From Vulcanimicrobiota bacterium (GTDB taxonomy: Bacteria > Vulcanimicrobiota > Vulcanimicrobiia > Vulcanimicrobiales > Vulcanimicrobiaceae), in the NCBI GenBank assembly GCA_963695225.1, contig OY968762.1, positions 672,001 to 736,000 on the forward strand: 64,000 bases of DNA, read 5' to 3'. Within the stretch, counting starts at the first letter, position 1; each line of letters begins with the position of its first letter. This document shows, piece after piece, positions 52,509 through 64,000 of this stretch. The notes beneath the pieces were generated by a model. It worked only from the letters and a program-made list of their open reading frames with translations, made no database searches and had not been told where the DNA came from. The position numbers and the translations under genes are program-made.

Positions 52509-54118
52509 TCGGCCTTCGGTTTCATCAGCTCGAAGTGGATCATCGATTCCGGTGTCGGGACCACGCCGCCGATCGACGACTTCATCACGAATTGCACGAC
52601 GGAGTGCGTGATCGGGATCGCCGGGGCCTGGTCGTGGATCAGCGCGTTCGCCTCGGCGTAGATCGCCTGCCGCCGCGCTTCGTCCGTCGTGCGCTGCCCG
52701 CGCAGCATGAGTTCGTGGAAGCGCGCGTCGCGCCAGAACGAGTAGTTCTGCGCGTCGCCCTTGACCGCGCTATCCCGGTCGAGAAGTGTGTACATGAAGT
52801 TGTCCGGATCCCCGTTGTCCCCGGTCCAGCCGATCAGACACATCGGGTGCTCGCCGTTGCGCACCTTGCTCAGGAAGACGCCGAACTCGAGCGGCGTCAG
52901 CGTCGCATCGATCCCGACGTCCTTGAGGTTCGCCTGGATCGCCTCGGCGATGCGTTGCGGTTCGGGCATGTAGGGGCGCGGCGCCGTCGGAAGATAGAGC
53001 TGCGTCGAGAAACCGTTCGGAAAGCCGGCTTGCGCGAGCAGCGCCTTCGCCTGCGCGATATCGTGCGGGTACGCCTTCACGGCCTTGTTCTCGCCGAGCA
53101 TCCCCGGCGGCGTCCAGTTGTCCGCCGCCATGGCGCCTGCGGCATAGAAGCCCTTCGCGATCGCGTCCTTGTCGATCGCGAGCGCGACGGCGCGCCGGAC
53201 CCGGACGTCGTCGAAGGGTTTGCGATCCATGTTCAGGGCCAGGTACATCACGTTGTTCGTCGGCTGGCTATAGATCGTCAGCCCCTTCTGTTCCGCGAGC
53301 GTCTTGACGTCGTCCGGGCGCGGATCGATCAAGCCGTCGATATCGCCCTTCTGCATCGAGAGCGTTCCGGTCGATTGATCGGGGATGTCGCGAATGATGA
53401 TGGTCGCGTACGCGGGCTTGGGCCCGTTGTACCCCGGGTTCGCGGTGAGCGTGATGTGATCGTTCTTGACCCACTCGGCGACCGCGTACGGCCCGCTCGC
53501 CACCGGCTTTAGCGCGAATGCCTCGGGATCTTTCTTGATCGCGTCGGGCGACCCGATCGCAAAGGGCGGCATCGCGATGTTCCGCAGGAACGGTCCGAAC
53601 GGCGTCGTCAACTTGAACGAGACCTCCGTCGGGCCGGCCACGACGACGTCCGCGATGACGCCGGGATACCCGCCGAATTGGCTCGTGTAGTACGCATACG
53701 AATAGTTGCCGTGATACGGGTGCGTCTTGAGGCGCCAGCGGTCGAAATTGAATTTCACCGCGTTCGCATCGAGCGGCGTCCCGTCGGTGAATTTCAGATC
53801 CGGCTTCAGCTTGAACGTCCAGGTCTTTCCGTCCGCGCTCGTCGTCCAGGAATCGGCGATCTCCGGTTCGATCTCGAAGGTGCCGGGCTTGAAGCGAACG
53901 AGATTCTGGAAGATCAACTGCGTCGTCGTGTGCGAGATGCCGTCCGTTTCGTGGGACGGGTCGAGCCCCACGACGTCCTTCACGCGCCCTATCACGAGCT
54001 GGGGGCCGCTCGCGCCGCTTCCCTCGCCGCCGCCGCCGCACGCCGCGAGCGTGCCGGCGCCGAGCGCGAGTGCGAGGAGGATCGCGACCGAGCGTAGGCG
54101 GGTCTGCAGAGTCTGCAT
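52505..54118 (-). CDS. ABC transporter substrate-binding lipoprotein, family 5 (DppA-like)
   Basis: Lipobox LAAC; LDP, W..S.DG.TWTFKL, F.DGTP..A..VKFNFDR, PF.DVRVR.A, GWTGDNGDPDNF. Confidence 0.93.
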   Translation of the reverse strand: MQTLQTRLRSVAILLALALGAGTLAACGGGGEGSGASGPQLVIGRVKDVVGLDPSHETDGISHTTTQLIFQNLVRFKPGTFEIEPEIADSWTTSADGKTWTFKLKPDLKFTDGTPLDANAVKFNFDRWRLKTHPYHGNYSYAYYTSQFGGYPGVIADVVVAGPTEVSFKLTTPFGPFLRNIAMPPFAIGSPDAIKKDPEAFALKPVASGPYAVAEWVKNDHITLTANPGYNGPKPAYATIIIRDIPDQSTGTLSMQKGDIDGLIDPRPDDVKTLAEQKGLTIYSQPTNNVMYLALNMDRKPFDDVRVRRAVALAIDKDAIAKGFYAAGAMAADNWTPPGMLGENKAVKAYPHDIAQAKALLAQAGFPNGFSTQLYLPTAPRPYMPEPQRIAEAIQANLKDVGIDATLTPLEFGVFLSKVRNGEHPMCLIGWTGDNGDPDNFMYTLLDRDSAVKGDAQNYSFWRDARFHELMLRGQRTTDEARRQAIYAEANALIHDQAPAIPITHSVVQFVMKSSIGGVVPTPESMIHFELMKPKAE

Positions 54119-54126
54119 CGTTTAGC

Positions 54127-55668
54127 TTACCTCGACTTGATGGTGAACGACCACGAACGGGTCGCCGTGTTACCGGCCGGGTCCGCAACGCGCACGACCA
54201 CGTTCACGATGCCGTCCGCGTAATCGCCGGGCGGGCTGTACGTGATGAAGGTCGCCGCACGGACGGCGGCTGCCGTGACGTCGTGCCCGTTCACGGTCAG
54301 GACGACGCTCGATGCATCGATCCCGGCCCCGCCGAGCGAAGCGAACGTCGCGTAGATGTTCGGCCGCGAATTGTTGACCGTCTGACCGGAAGGCGGGGCG
54401 ATGTCGACGATCGCGGGCGGCGTCGTCACTGCCGAGAGCTGCACCGGCGCTTCCGTGCGCGGGGCCTCCGACGTCCCGACGGCGAGCCGTCCGAACACAG
54501 GAACTTGCACGACGTTGAAGCGCTCGGGGATCGCGAACCGCGCCCGATAGATTCCGGGGGCATCCTCACGCATCGGATTCCCCGTCACGTAGTCGCCGAT
54601 GTCGAACGAGGCGCGCCCGCCTGCGGTGCCGCGCATTTCGACGTCGAGATATTCGCCCGCGCGCAGCGCGCGGGTGGCGGAGATCGTGAACGATGCGATC
54701 GCCACGTCCGCCGCGGGGGCCGACGTCGGCGGAACGTGGCGCGTGGCGATCACTTGACGAATCTCTCCGCTTTCGGGATTGCTGCGGACCGTGACGTAGT
54801 CGCCGAGGCGAATGTCCGCCATCTGCGCCGGATCGCCGTTGAGCGTGATCGCGGAGACGCGCTCCCCGGTGACGACCCGGCCGTTCCCGAGCACGAGAGC
54901 CGACGGCGAGACCGCAGCCACCGTCCCCGTCGCCGACTTGAAGAAGTCGTGGACTTCAACGACGCGGCCGTCCTTCGCGAGCACGACGCGCAGCGCATCG
55001 CCGACGCGCACGTCCGCAAGCTCCCCCCGCAGCTGCGAGCGGATCGTCGTGTCCTCGATGTAATAACGCGCGCCGGAATTCAGCGCGATCGTGCGGGGAT
55101 TTCCGCCGATGATGACCGTGACGCTCGGAGGGGACGAGAGCGCGTCGATCGCGGAGACGGTTCCGAGGAGCGTGCTCCCTCCGCCGGAAGCGCTGCGTTC
55201 GTTGACGTTCTTGCCGATGAACGGCGAGACGATCTCGATCTTCGCGCCCCGCTGATCGTAACTGACGACGGCGCCGAGCGCGGCGCCGATGAAACGGAGC
55301 GGGACGAACGTCGTTCCGTCGCGGTCGACGGGCGCCTGATCGAGCGCGATCGTCTGCCCGTCGACGCGCGCCTGCGTGCTCCCGACCACGACCGTCGCGA
55401 CGCCCGAGGCGAGCGTCGCAGAGATCGCGTTCCCGACGCGCGTCAGCGGGATCCCGAACGCGGCGAAGACGGCGCGCAGCGGGACCATCACGCGACGCTC
55501 GACCACTTCGGGGGGCGCTTCACCCTCGAGCGTCTCGCCGTTGATGACGATCGTGATCTGACGAACCGGCTTTTCGGCGGCCGGGGACGGCGACGGCACC
55601 CCGGCGGCGAAGGCCACGCTCGGAAGGGCCGCCGCGCAAAGGAGCACGAGGGCACGCAGGAACTTCAT
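54127..55668 (-). CDS. Secreted protein with copper amine oxidase N-terminal (stalk) domain and beta-rich/Ig-like domains
   Basis: Signal peptide; RVMVPLR..F...G and GTTFVPLRFI..ALGA.V; C-terminal V.V.D.AGN..T.SWSF. Confidence 0.85.
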   Translation of the reverse strand: MKFLRALVLLCAAALPSVAFAAGVPSPSPAAEKPVRQITIVINGETLEGEAPPEVVERRVMVPLRAVFAAFGIPLTRVGNAISATLASGVATVVVGSTQARVDGQTIALDQAPVDRDGTTFVPLRFIGAALGAVVSYDQRGAKIEIVSPFIGKNVNERSASGGGSTLLGTVSAIDALSSPPSVTVIIGGNPRTIALNSGARYYIEDTTIRSQLRGELADVRVGDALRVVLAKDGRVVEVHDFFKSATGTVAAVSPSALVLGNGRVVTGERVSAITLNGDPAQMADIRLGDYVTVRSNPESGEIRQVIATRHVPPTSAPAADVAIASFTISATRALRAGEYLDVEMRGTAGGRASFDIGDYVTGNPMREDAPGIYRARFAIPERFNVVQVPVFGRLAVGTSEAPRTEAPVQLSAVTTPPAIVDIAPPSGQTVNNSRPNIYATFASLGGAGIDASSVVLTVNGHDVTAAAVRAATFITYSPPGDYADGIVNVVVRVADPAGNTATRSWSFTIKSR

Positions 55669-56692
55669 CGGCTGCGCCTTTCCTCCAAAACCTCGCGATA
55701 TACCTCGGCGGTCGCCGCGGCGCAGCGATCCCAGGTCTGCGTGCGCGCGAACGCACGGGCGCGCTCCGGGTCGAGCCCGTCGGTTCCGGCGAGAACGGCG
55801 GCCATCAAATCCCGCAACGCGCAGACGTCCCGCGCCGCGAACACCCCGACGTAGGGACGCAGGACCCCGGGGACCGCATCGGCGCAGGCGAGCACGCGCG
55901 TCCCGACCGCGGCCGCCTCGAGCATCGGCAAGCCGAATCCCTCGCACCAGGCGGGGTGAACGAGCGCGCTCGCTCCGCGGCAGGCGCGCGCGAGATCCTC
56001 CCGTTCGAGTTCCCCGGCGAAGCGCAGCGTGCCGCGCACGCGCCCCGGGCGGCGCGCCTCCGCCGGGAGATCGTCCCGCCCGGTCACGACGAGATCGGCC
56101 TCGAGATCCGGCGGGAGCGCCTCCCAGGCCGCGAACGCCGTCGCGAGATCCTTGTGCGGCCGGTGGTTCCCGACATACAGAAAATACGGGCGCGGCGCCG
56201 GTTCCAGGCGGACGTCGCCGAGGAACGCGTCGTCGACGCCGAGCGCGACGACGCGCACTTTCTTTGGGGGGACGCCGAGAAACCGTTCCAGGTCGGCGAC
56301 GGTTCGCCAATCGTCCGTGATCACGCGCTCGGCGCGCGCGCAAAGGCTGCGCACGACGATGCGGTAGTACGGCCCGATCTTCGCCTTGAACAGCTCGGGG
56401 TAGCGCAGGTGAATCAAATCGTGGATCGTGATCGCGAACGGGCGCGGCGCGAAGTACGGCGCGTAGAGCGAGGGGTAATGCGTCAGCCCCGGCTTCATGC
56501 GCGCGAGTTCGAGCGGAAGCAGCACCTGCTCTTCGAACGTGACGTTCTCGCCGCGCCCCGCCGTGCGAAACCGGAGATCCGGCGCGACGCGCGGGAGGCG
56601 CGCGATCAGCTCGCGCGCGTAGGCGCGCATCCCGACCGACATCTGCCTCGTGGCGCGGCCGTCGATCGCCACGTCGACGGGCCCGGCCCTGC

Positions 56693-56696
<4 letters not shown>
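55665..56696 (-). CDS. Glycosyltransferase family 4
   Basis: TIHDLI, YVGN.RPHK, EGFGLPMLEA. Confidence 0.92.
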
Positions 56697-59280
<2,584 letters not shown>

Positions 59281-59322
59281 TCATTGCACTCGCCCCAGCA
59301 ATGAATTCGTTCCCGTCGCCGT

Positions 59323-60042
59323 GTGAGAGATGACGTGGTCGTCAGCAATTTCAATCTCAAGACCAAGGTCAAGGAAGCCCTGTGCACGCTTCGCCAGATC
59401 TTGGACTACCCTGAAATGCATCCCAATCGGCGCGTGCGCAAACTCGCCCTCGACGATACCGTCGCATTCATCCGCGAGCGGTGCCCGGCGGCGGTCGGCC
59501 TCCGCAGCGAACGTGAAGTGCTGGAGCACGCTCTGAGGGGGATCGGCGGGAACGGGCACATCCTCGAGTTCGGCGTGTATCGAGGCGGCAGCATCCGGCA
59601 CATTGCAAAGACCGTGCCGAACCGCACGATCGACGGCTTCGACAGCTTCGACGGGTTGCCCGAAGATTGGACCGGCGTCAACGTCCCCAAGGGTACGTTT
59701 TCGCGTCTCGGCGCGACCCCGCGCGTGAGCCCGTGGGTTCGGCTCCACCGCGGCTGGTTCAAGGACACGCTGCCGGCCTGGCTGCGGCAGCATCCGGGAC
59801 CCGCCGACTTCATCCACATCGATTCGGATCTCTACTCCTCGGCGAAGACCGTGCTGACTCTGCTGGCAGACCGCATCCTGCCCGGAACCGTCATCGTCTT
59901 CGATGAGTACTTCAACTATCCCAATTGGCAAGCGCACGAGCACAAAGCCTTTGAGGAGTTCCTGGCGGAAACCGGCGCCACCGTCGACTATCTTTGCTAC
60001 GGGAGCGAACAGCTCGCCGTGCGCATTTCGACCCGCCCCTAG
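59323..60042 (+). CDS. TylF/MycF-like class I SAM O-methyltransferase
   Basis: LEFGVYRG.S, GFDSF.GLPE.W, GWF.DTLP, HIDSDLYSS, VFDEY. Confidence 0.88.
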   Translation: MRDDVVVSNFNLKTKVKEALCTLRQILDYPEMHPNRRVRKLALDDTVAFIRERCPAAVGLRSEREVLEHALRGIGGNGHILEFGVYRGGSIRHIAKTVPNRTIDGFDSFDGLPEDWTGVNVPKGTFSRLGATPRVSPWVRLHRGWFKDTLPAWLRQHPGPADFIHIDSDLYSSAKTVLTLLADRILPGTVIVFDEYFNYPNWQAHEHKAFEEFLAETGATVDYLCYGSEQLAVRISTRP

Positions 60043-60052
60043 CTAGGGCGCG

Positions 60053-60802
60053 ATGCGCGTTCCGGACGATTGGCACGTTACGTTCTTCAGCGGCCTCGCC
60101 ATGGACATGTGGGCCGCCGGGTTCAGCGTGGAGGAATCCGCGCTCGACGTCGATTTCCTCGTCGAAGAACTCGGCCTTGCGCCCGGCGCGCACGTCTTGG
60201 ATGCGGCGTGCGGCAACGGCCGGCACGTGCGCGAGTTCGCCGCACGCGGGATCCGCGTTACCGGCATCGACGTCGCGCCGGGCTTCGTCGAACCGCTCGC
60301 ACGCGAGTTTGCGCGCTCGGCCCTCGTGACCGTCGTGCAGGGCGATCTGCGAGATGCTCCGCTCGGCGGCCCGTACGACGCCGCCGTCTGGTGGGGAAAC
60401 GGCTTCGGCTATCTGGCCCGTTCCGACGAAGCCGCCGTGCTGCGCCGCATCGGGGCCGCGCTGCGGCCCGGCGCGCGTTTCGCCTTACAGACGGCACTCG
60501 TCGCCGAGGCCGCGCTTCCCAATTTCGCCGAACGGCACTGGGAGCGCGCCGGCGGGATCGATGTGCTGATGGACTGCGCGTACGTTTCGGCCGAAAGCCG
60601 TATCGATGCCACTTACACGTACCGGACGGCCGAGCGCAGCGAGACGCGAAACCTCTCGCTCTTCGTCTACACGCTCGCCGAGCTCGGGACGCTCCTCGGC
60701 GCCGCCGGCATGCACGTCGGCGCCGTGCTGGGTTCCATCGACGGCACGCCCTTCGAACTCGGAGATCGCGAGGCGATCCTCCTCGCCGAGAAGACACGCT
60801 GA
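60053..60802 (+). CDS. Class I SAM-dependent methyltransferase
   Basis: VLDAACGNGRH, VTGID, GDLR, FGY, LRPG.RF. Confidence 0.9.
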   Translation: MRVPDDWHVTFFSGLAMDMWAAGFSVEESALDVDFLVEELGLAPGAHVLDAACGNGRHVREFAARGIRVTGIDVAPGFVEPLAREFARSALVTVVQGDLRDAPLGGPYDAAVWWGNGFGYLARSDEAAVLRRIGAALRPGARFALQTALVAEAALPNFAERHWERAGGIDVLMDCAYVSAESRIDATYTYRTAERSETRNLSLFVYTLAELGTLLGAAGMHVGAVLGSIDGTPFELGDREAILLAEKTR

Positions 60803-60856
60803 TGCCAGCCGCCGCCGCGTGACCGGCGTCTCGCCGGCCCCGCGAGCACGCCCCGC

Positions 60857-62440
60857 ATGACCGGCATGCCGCGGCTCTATCGAACCAGGAGCCCGGTCCG
60901 CGACCGCGCCGCCCTCCTGCTGTTCGCCGTCTGGCTCTGCATAGCGCTGTTCCTGGCGGCGCACCACGCGTTCTGGCGCGACGAAGTGCGAGCGCTGACG
61001 CTCGCCCTGCGAGGCGAAAACGTCCTGGCGATGCTCCGCGGCATTCACGGCGAGGGCCACCCCGCCGTTTGGTACCTTCTCTTGAGAGGGGCTCACGCTG
61101 CGGTGCCGAGACCCGAAGTCCTCGAGGGCGTCTCGCTGGCGACGGCGTTCGCGGCGCTGCTCCTCTTCGTGCTGCGCTCGCCGTTCGGGGCGCTGCTCGT
61201 CGCGTTGGTCCTTTTCAGCCGCTTCGGCCTCTTCGAGTATTCCGTCATGGCGCGGAACTACGGCATCAGCATGCTGCTCCTGTTCGCCCTGGCTGCCTGC
61301 TACGCGCGCAACCGCAACGGCGGCCTCCTCCTCGGCAGCCTGCTCTTTTTGCTGACGAATTGCAACGTGCACTCCGTCTTGCTCGCGGGCGCATTCCTGC
61401 TGTTCTGGTTCCTCGACGTCGCAACGAGCGAGCCCGGCCCGGCTCGGTCGAAAGCGTGGGGCACCTTCGCCGTCAATGCAGGCATGGCGGCGGCCGGCGC
61501 TGCGATCTGCTTGCTCACGCTCTATCCCGCCGCGAACGACGACGGCTGGCCCCAACGGCCCCCGGACGGGCCCCTCACGATGCTGCTCACGGGCCTCTTC
61601 GTCCCGGCGCATCACTTGAGCCACCTGTTACCGGTCTCGTGGCCGCACACGGCGCTCGTTCAGGGCCTCGCGTCGCTCGTCATGTTCGGGAGCACTCTTG
61701 GCCTAGCCCGGCGACCTGCGGCCCTCGCAGCGTCGCTTACGGCCCTGATCGGGCTCTCTCTCTTCTTCGCTCTCGTATATCCGGGCAGCTACCGGCACGA
61801 GGCGCTGTGGCTCGTGTTCCTCCTGAGCATGTATTGGATCGTAGGGAGCGGCGAGGCTGCAAGCCGATCCGCCGCCGGGATTGCCGCGATACCGCGCGCG
61901 CACCCGATCGCCGCCGCCGGATCGCTGCTCTTCGGCCTGCTCCTAGCGCTGCAGTTCCCCGGCGGTCTCGAGGCGGTTGCGAACGCGAGCAACGGCATCC
62001 CTCAGAGCCGCAGCCGCGACTTCGGCACGCTCGTCGCAGCGCACCCCGAGTTGCACGATGCCGTCATCATCGCAGACCCGGACTATCTCGTGGAGCCGCT
62101 GCCCTATTACCTTCCGAACCACACGTACCTCATGCGCCTGCAGCGCTTCGGAGACGTCGTGACGTTCACGAAGAACGCTCGGCTGAGCCTCAGCCTCGAC
62201 GACGTCCTCGCCGACGCGCGCCGCCTGCACCTTCGGACGCGCGAGCCGGTCATCATCCTGCTGCAACAGCGGCTGGATCCCTCGCTGCCGGCCCAGCACT
62301 ATCGCGAGGGCTACGACTGGGAGTTCGTTGCTACGCCGCGGCAAGTGCGCACGTTCCTAGCGGCCACGAGCCTCATCCGCAGCTTCGCCCCCGCCGTCAG
62401 CGACGAGAGCTACGACGTCTATCTCTTCCCGCGCTCGTAA
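60857..62440 (+). CDS. Polytopic membrane protein, probable GT-C glycosyltransferase
   Basis: HH.FWRDE after TM1, EGHP.VWY.LL, EYSVMARNY; about 10 TM helices plus a soluble C-terminal domain. Confidence 0.7.
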   Translation: MTGMPRLYRTRSPVRDRAALLLFAVWLCIALFLAAHHAFWRDEVRALTLALRGENVLAMLRGIHGEGHPAVWYLLLRGAHAAVPRPEVLEGVSLATAFAALLLFVLRSPFGALLVALVLFSRFGLFEYSVMARNYGISMLLLFALAACYARNRNGGLLLGSLLFLLTNCNVHSVLLAGAFLLFWFLDVATSEPGPARSKAWGTFAVNAGMAAAGAAICLLTLYPAANDDGWPQRPPDGPLTMLLTGLFVPAHHLSHLLPVSWPHTALVQGLASLVMFGSTLGLARRPAALAASLTALIGLSLFFALVYPGSYRHEALWLVFLLSMYWIVGSGEAASRSAAGIAAIPRAHPIAAAGSLLFGLLLALQFPGGLEAVANASNGIPQSRSRDFGTLVAAHPELHDAVIIADPDYLVEPLPYYLPNHTYLMRLQRFGDVVTFTKNARLSLSLDDVLADARRLHLRTREPVIILLQQRLDPSLPAQHYREGYDWEFVATPRQVRTFLAATSLIRSFAPAVSDESYDVYLFPRS

Positions 62441-62478
62441 GCGCCGGCCATCCGGCCCGCACGTCTGCGTCGAGCGGG

Positions 62479-63180
62479 CTACTTCCCCGCACGCCGGCTT
62501 CGCCAGATGCGCTTCCACGTCCACCACGCGCTCTCGAGCGGCCGCATGGTGCTCTGGCCGATGCGCTCCTTATACGGAATCCCCACCGACGTCACCCTAT
62601 AACCCTGCGCCACGGGCCGCAGCAGCAGTTCGACCGGCAATGCGGCGCCGACGCCCTCGAACTCGAGTTCGTCTATCATCTTCTTGCTGTACGCCCGCAT
62701 GCCGCTATGAAGGTCCGTGAAGCGTCGCGCGAAGAGCACCGAGGCAAACAGCGCGAACCCGGCATTCGCGACGAAGTTCAACCACGGCATCGCCGCAGGC
62801 TTCTTCACGAGCCGGCTGCCGTCGACGAGATCCCAGCCGCCGTTCAGTACCATCTCCGCCATGGGCCGGATCGACGAAACCGGGTAGGTATCGTCGCAGT
62901 CGAGCGTCACGACGACGTCCCCGGCGCTCGAGCGAAGCGCCGTCTCCATCGCGGGGCCGTAACCGCGCGGGGGAAACTGCCTGATCACCCTCGCGCCGAG
63001 CTCTTGAGCGATCTGCGCCGTGGCATCCGCGCTGCTATCGACGACGAGAATCTCCGCCTCCGGAGCCGCCGCTCGAATGTCGGCGATCACCTTGCCGACC
63101 GCGGCCTCCTCGTTGCGCGTGATCATCGCCACCGTAATCCTAGGCGCATCCACGTCGCGCACCGTCTCCCCGAGACTCAC
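62479..63180 (-). CDS. GT2, polyprenol-phosphate glycosyltransferase-like
   Basis: RNEE..V..VI, VVD.S.D.T, GYG.A, LDCDDTYP, V.GSR, D..SGMRAY, Y.ER.G.S. Confidence 0.88.
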   Translation of the reverse strand: MSLGETVRDVDAPRITVAMITRNEEAAVGKVIADIRAAAPEAEILVVDSSADATAQIAQELGARVIRQFPPRGYGPAMETALRSSAGDVVVTLDCDDTYPVSSIRPMAEMVLNGGWDLVDGSRLVKKPAAMPWLNFVANAGFALFASVLFARRFTDLHSGMRAYSKKMIDELEFEGVGAALPVELLLRPVAQGYRVTSVGIPYKERIGQSTMRPLESAWWTWKRIWRSRRAGK

Positions 63181-64000
63181 GGCGCAGCGGCTTCGCCGTC
63201 GAGCGCGAGCGCCACTTCCGAACCTCGCCGCACGGCTTCGTCCATGTTGATGTACTCGAATTCCGCATTTCTGCCGACGCTCGCGATTCCGAGACTCTTC
63301 ACGTATGCGAGCGCCGGCGCAAGGTTCGCGGAATAGTCGAACGTTCTCACGACGTAGGCGTGCTTCGTGCGGTGGACCGCGCGAAACGCGACTCGCTCCC
63401 GCTCGATCAGTTTCATGCTCTCGAGGCCAGCCACGACTTCCTCGATCAGACGCGCGTCCGTCATCTCGTGGAATCCGTCGCCCGGATTCGTCGTGATCTC
63501 GGCCGCTACGGCGAAGTGATCGGGAGGGGCGCCTTCATCCGTGAAGCTCCTCGGAAACGAGAGCCGGTGAAACGGAAGCGACGGGTCCGGGACGTAGAGT
63601 GCCGTCAGGTCCGGCCCTGCGCTCCCCTCCACGCCGAGCATCACGAGGCTCAAAGAATTGAATCGCAGGCGTCCGACCGCCGCTCCCACCTCGCCCGGCA
63701 CGGCAGGCAACGCGGCGATGAGATCTTGGATCGGGATCGTCGAGACCAAGCGGTCGTACCGCTTCACGGACGCGCCGTCGCCCACGTGCCACGCCCCATC
63801 TTCTTTCCAGATGCGCGAGACGCGGAACCCCAACGCGATCTCGCGGCAATCGGCAGCGTACGCTTTGGGCAGCGCTTCGATTCCGCCGGTCTTCGGGTAT
63901 CCGAAATCGAGCTGATGCGCGTATCCCTCGGTCTCGACGCCGACGGCCGATTTGATGACGTCTTCCAGAGGGGGACGCGGAACTCGCCCCTCGACCCAAT
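63177..64000 (-). CDS. FAD-dependent oxidoreductase, protoporphyrinogen oxidase / UDP-galactopyranose mutase-like (5' partial)
   Basis: WVEGRVP, F.YPKTGGI, YD.LVSTIP, GRNAEFEYINMD; open to the window edge. Confidence 0.8.
   Translation of the reverse strand, partial: WVEGRVPRPPLEDVIKSAVGVETEGYAHQLDFGYPKTGGIEALPKAYAADCREIALGFRVSRIWKEDGAWHVGDGASVKRYDRLVSTIPIQDLIAALPAVPGEVGAAVGRLRFNSLSLVMLGVEGSAGPDLTALYVPDPSLPFHRLSFPRSFTDEGAPPDHFAVAAEITTNPGDGFHEMTDARLIEEVVAGLESMKLIERERVAFRAVHRTKHAYVVRTFDYSANLAPALAYVKSLGIASVGRNAEFEYINMDEAVRRGSEVALALDGEAAAP

Overview
A roughly 70% GC bacterial chromosome segment. The Terrabacteria-type RpoB and the Bacillus-like rpsU-yqeY-nfeD-floA-phoH-ybeY-dgkA-cdd-recO gene order fit Ca. 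Eremiobacterota (Vulcanimicrobiota) best, but that assignment is an inference. In order, the window holds: (1) the end of an HdrB/SdhE-like CCG gene; (2) a compact NRPS cluster at 0.4-11.9 kb (GT4, Sfp-type PPTase, C-A-T, C-A-T, C-T-TE); (3) pckA; (4) a complete [FeFe]-hydrogenase operon at 14.3-23.1 kb (NuoE-NuoF fusion, hydA, hydG, aspA, hydF, hydE); (5) a monocistronic rpoB with a long acidic tail and no adjacent rpoC; (6) assorted housekeeping and envelope genes; (7) five tRNAs with tadA, next to an unexplained, densely base-paired intergenic element of about 300 nt; (8) the conserved rpsU-to-mltG block; (9) pyrG and a surface-glycan modification region. The strongest leads are the NRPS (an EHHxxHDG ureido-type C domain, a Val-type A domain, an A-less last module and a Cys-nucleophile TE, suggesting a new ureidopeptide with a possibly strained-ring warhead), the structured element at about 39.7-40.0 kb, and a hydrogenase with non-bifurcating sequence signatures. 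Several genes appear to use ATC, ATT or CTG starts. All calls come from reading motifs by eye; no searches were run.
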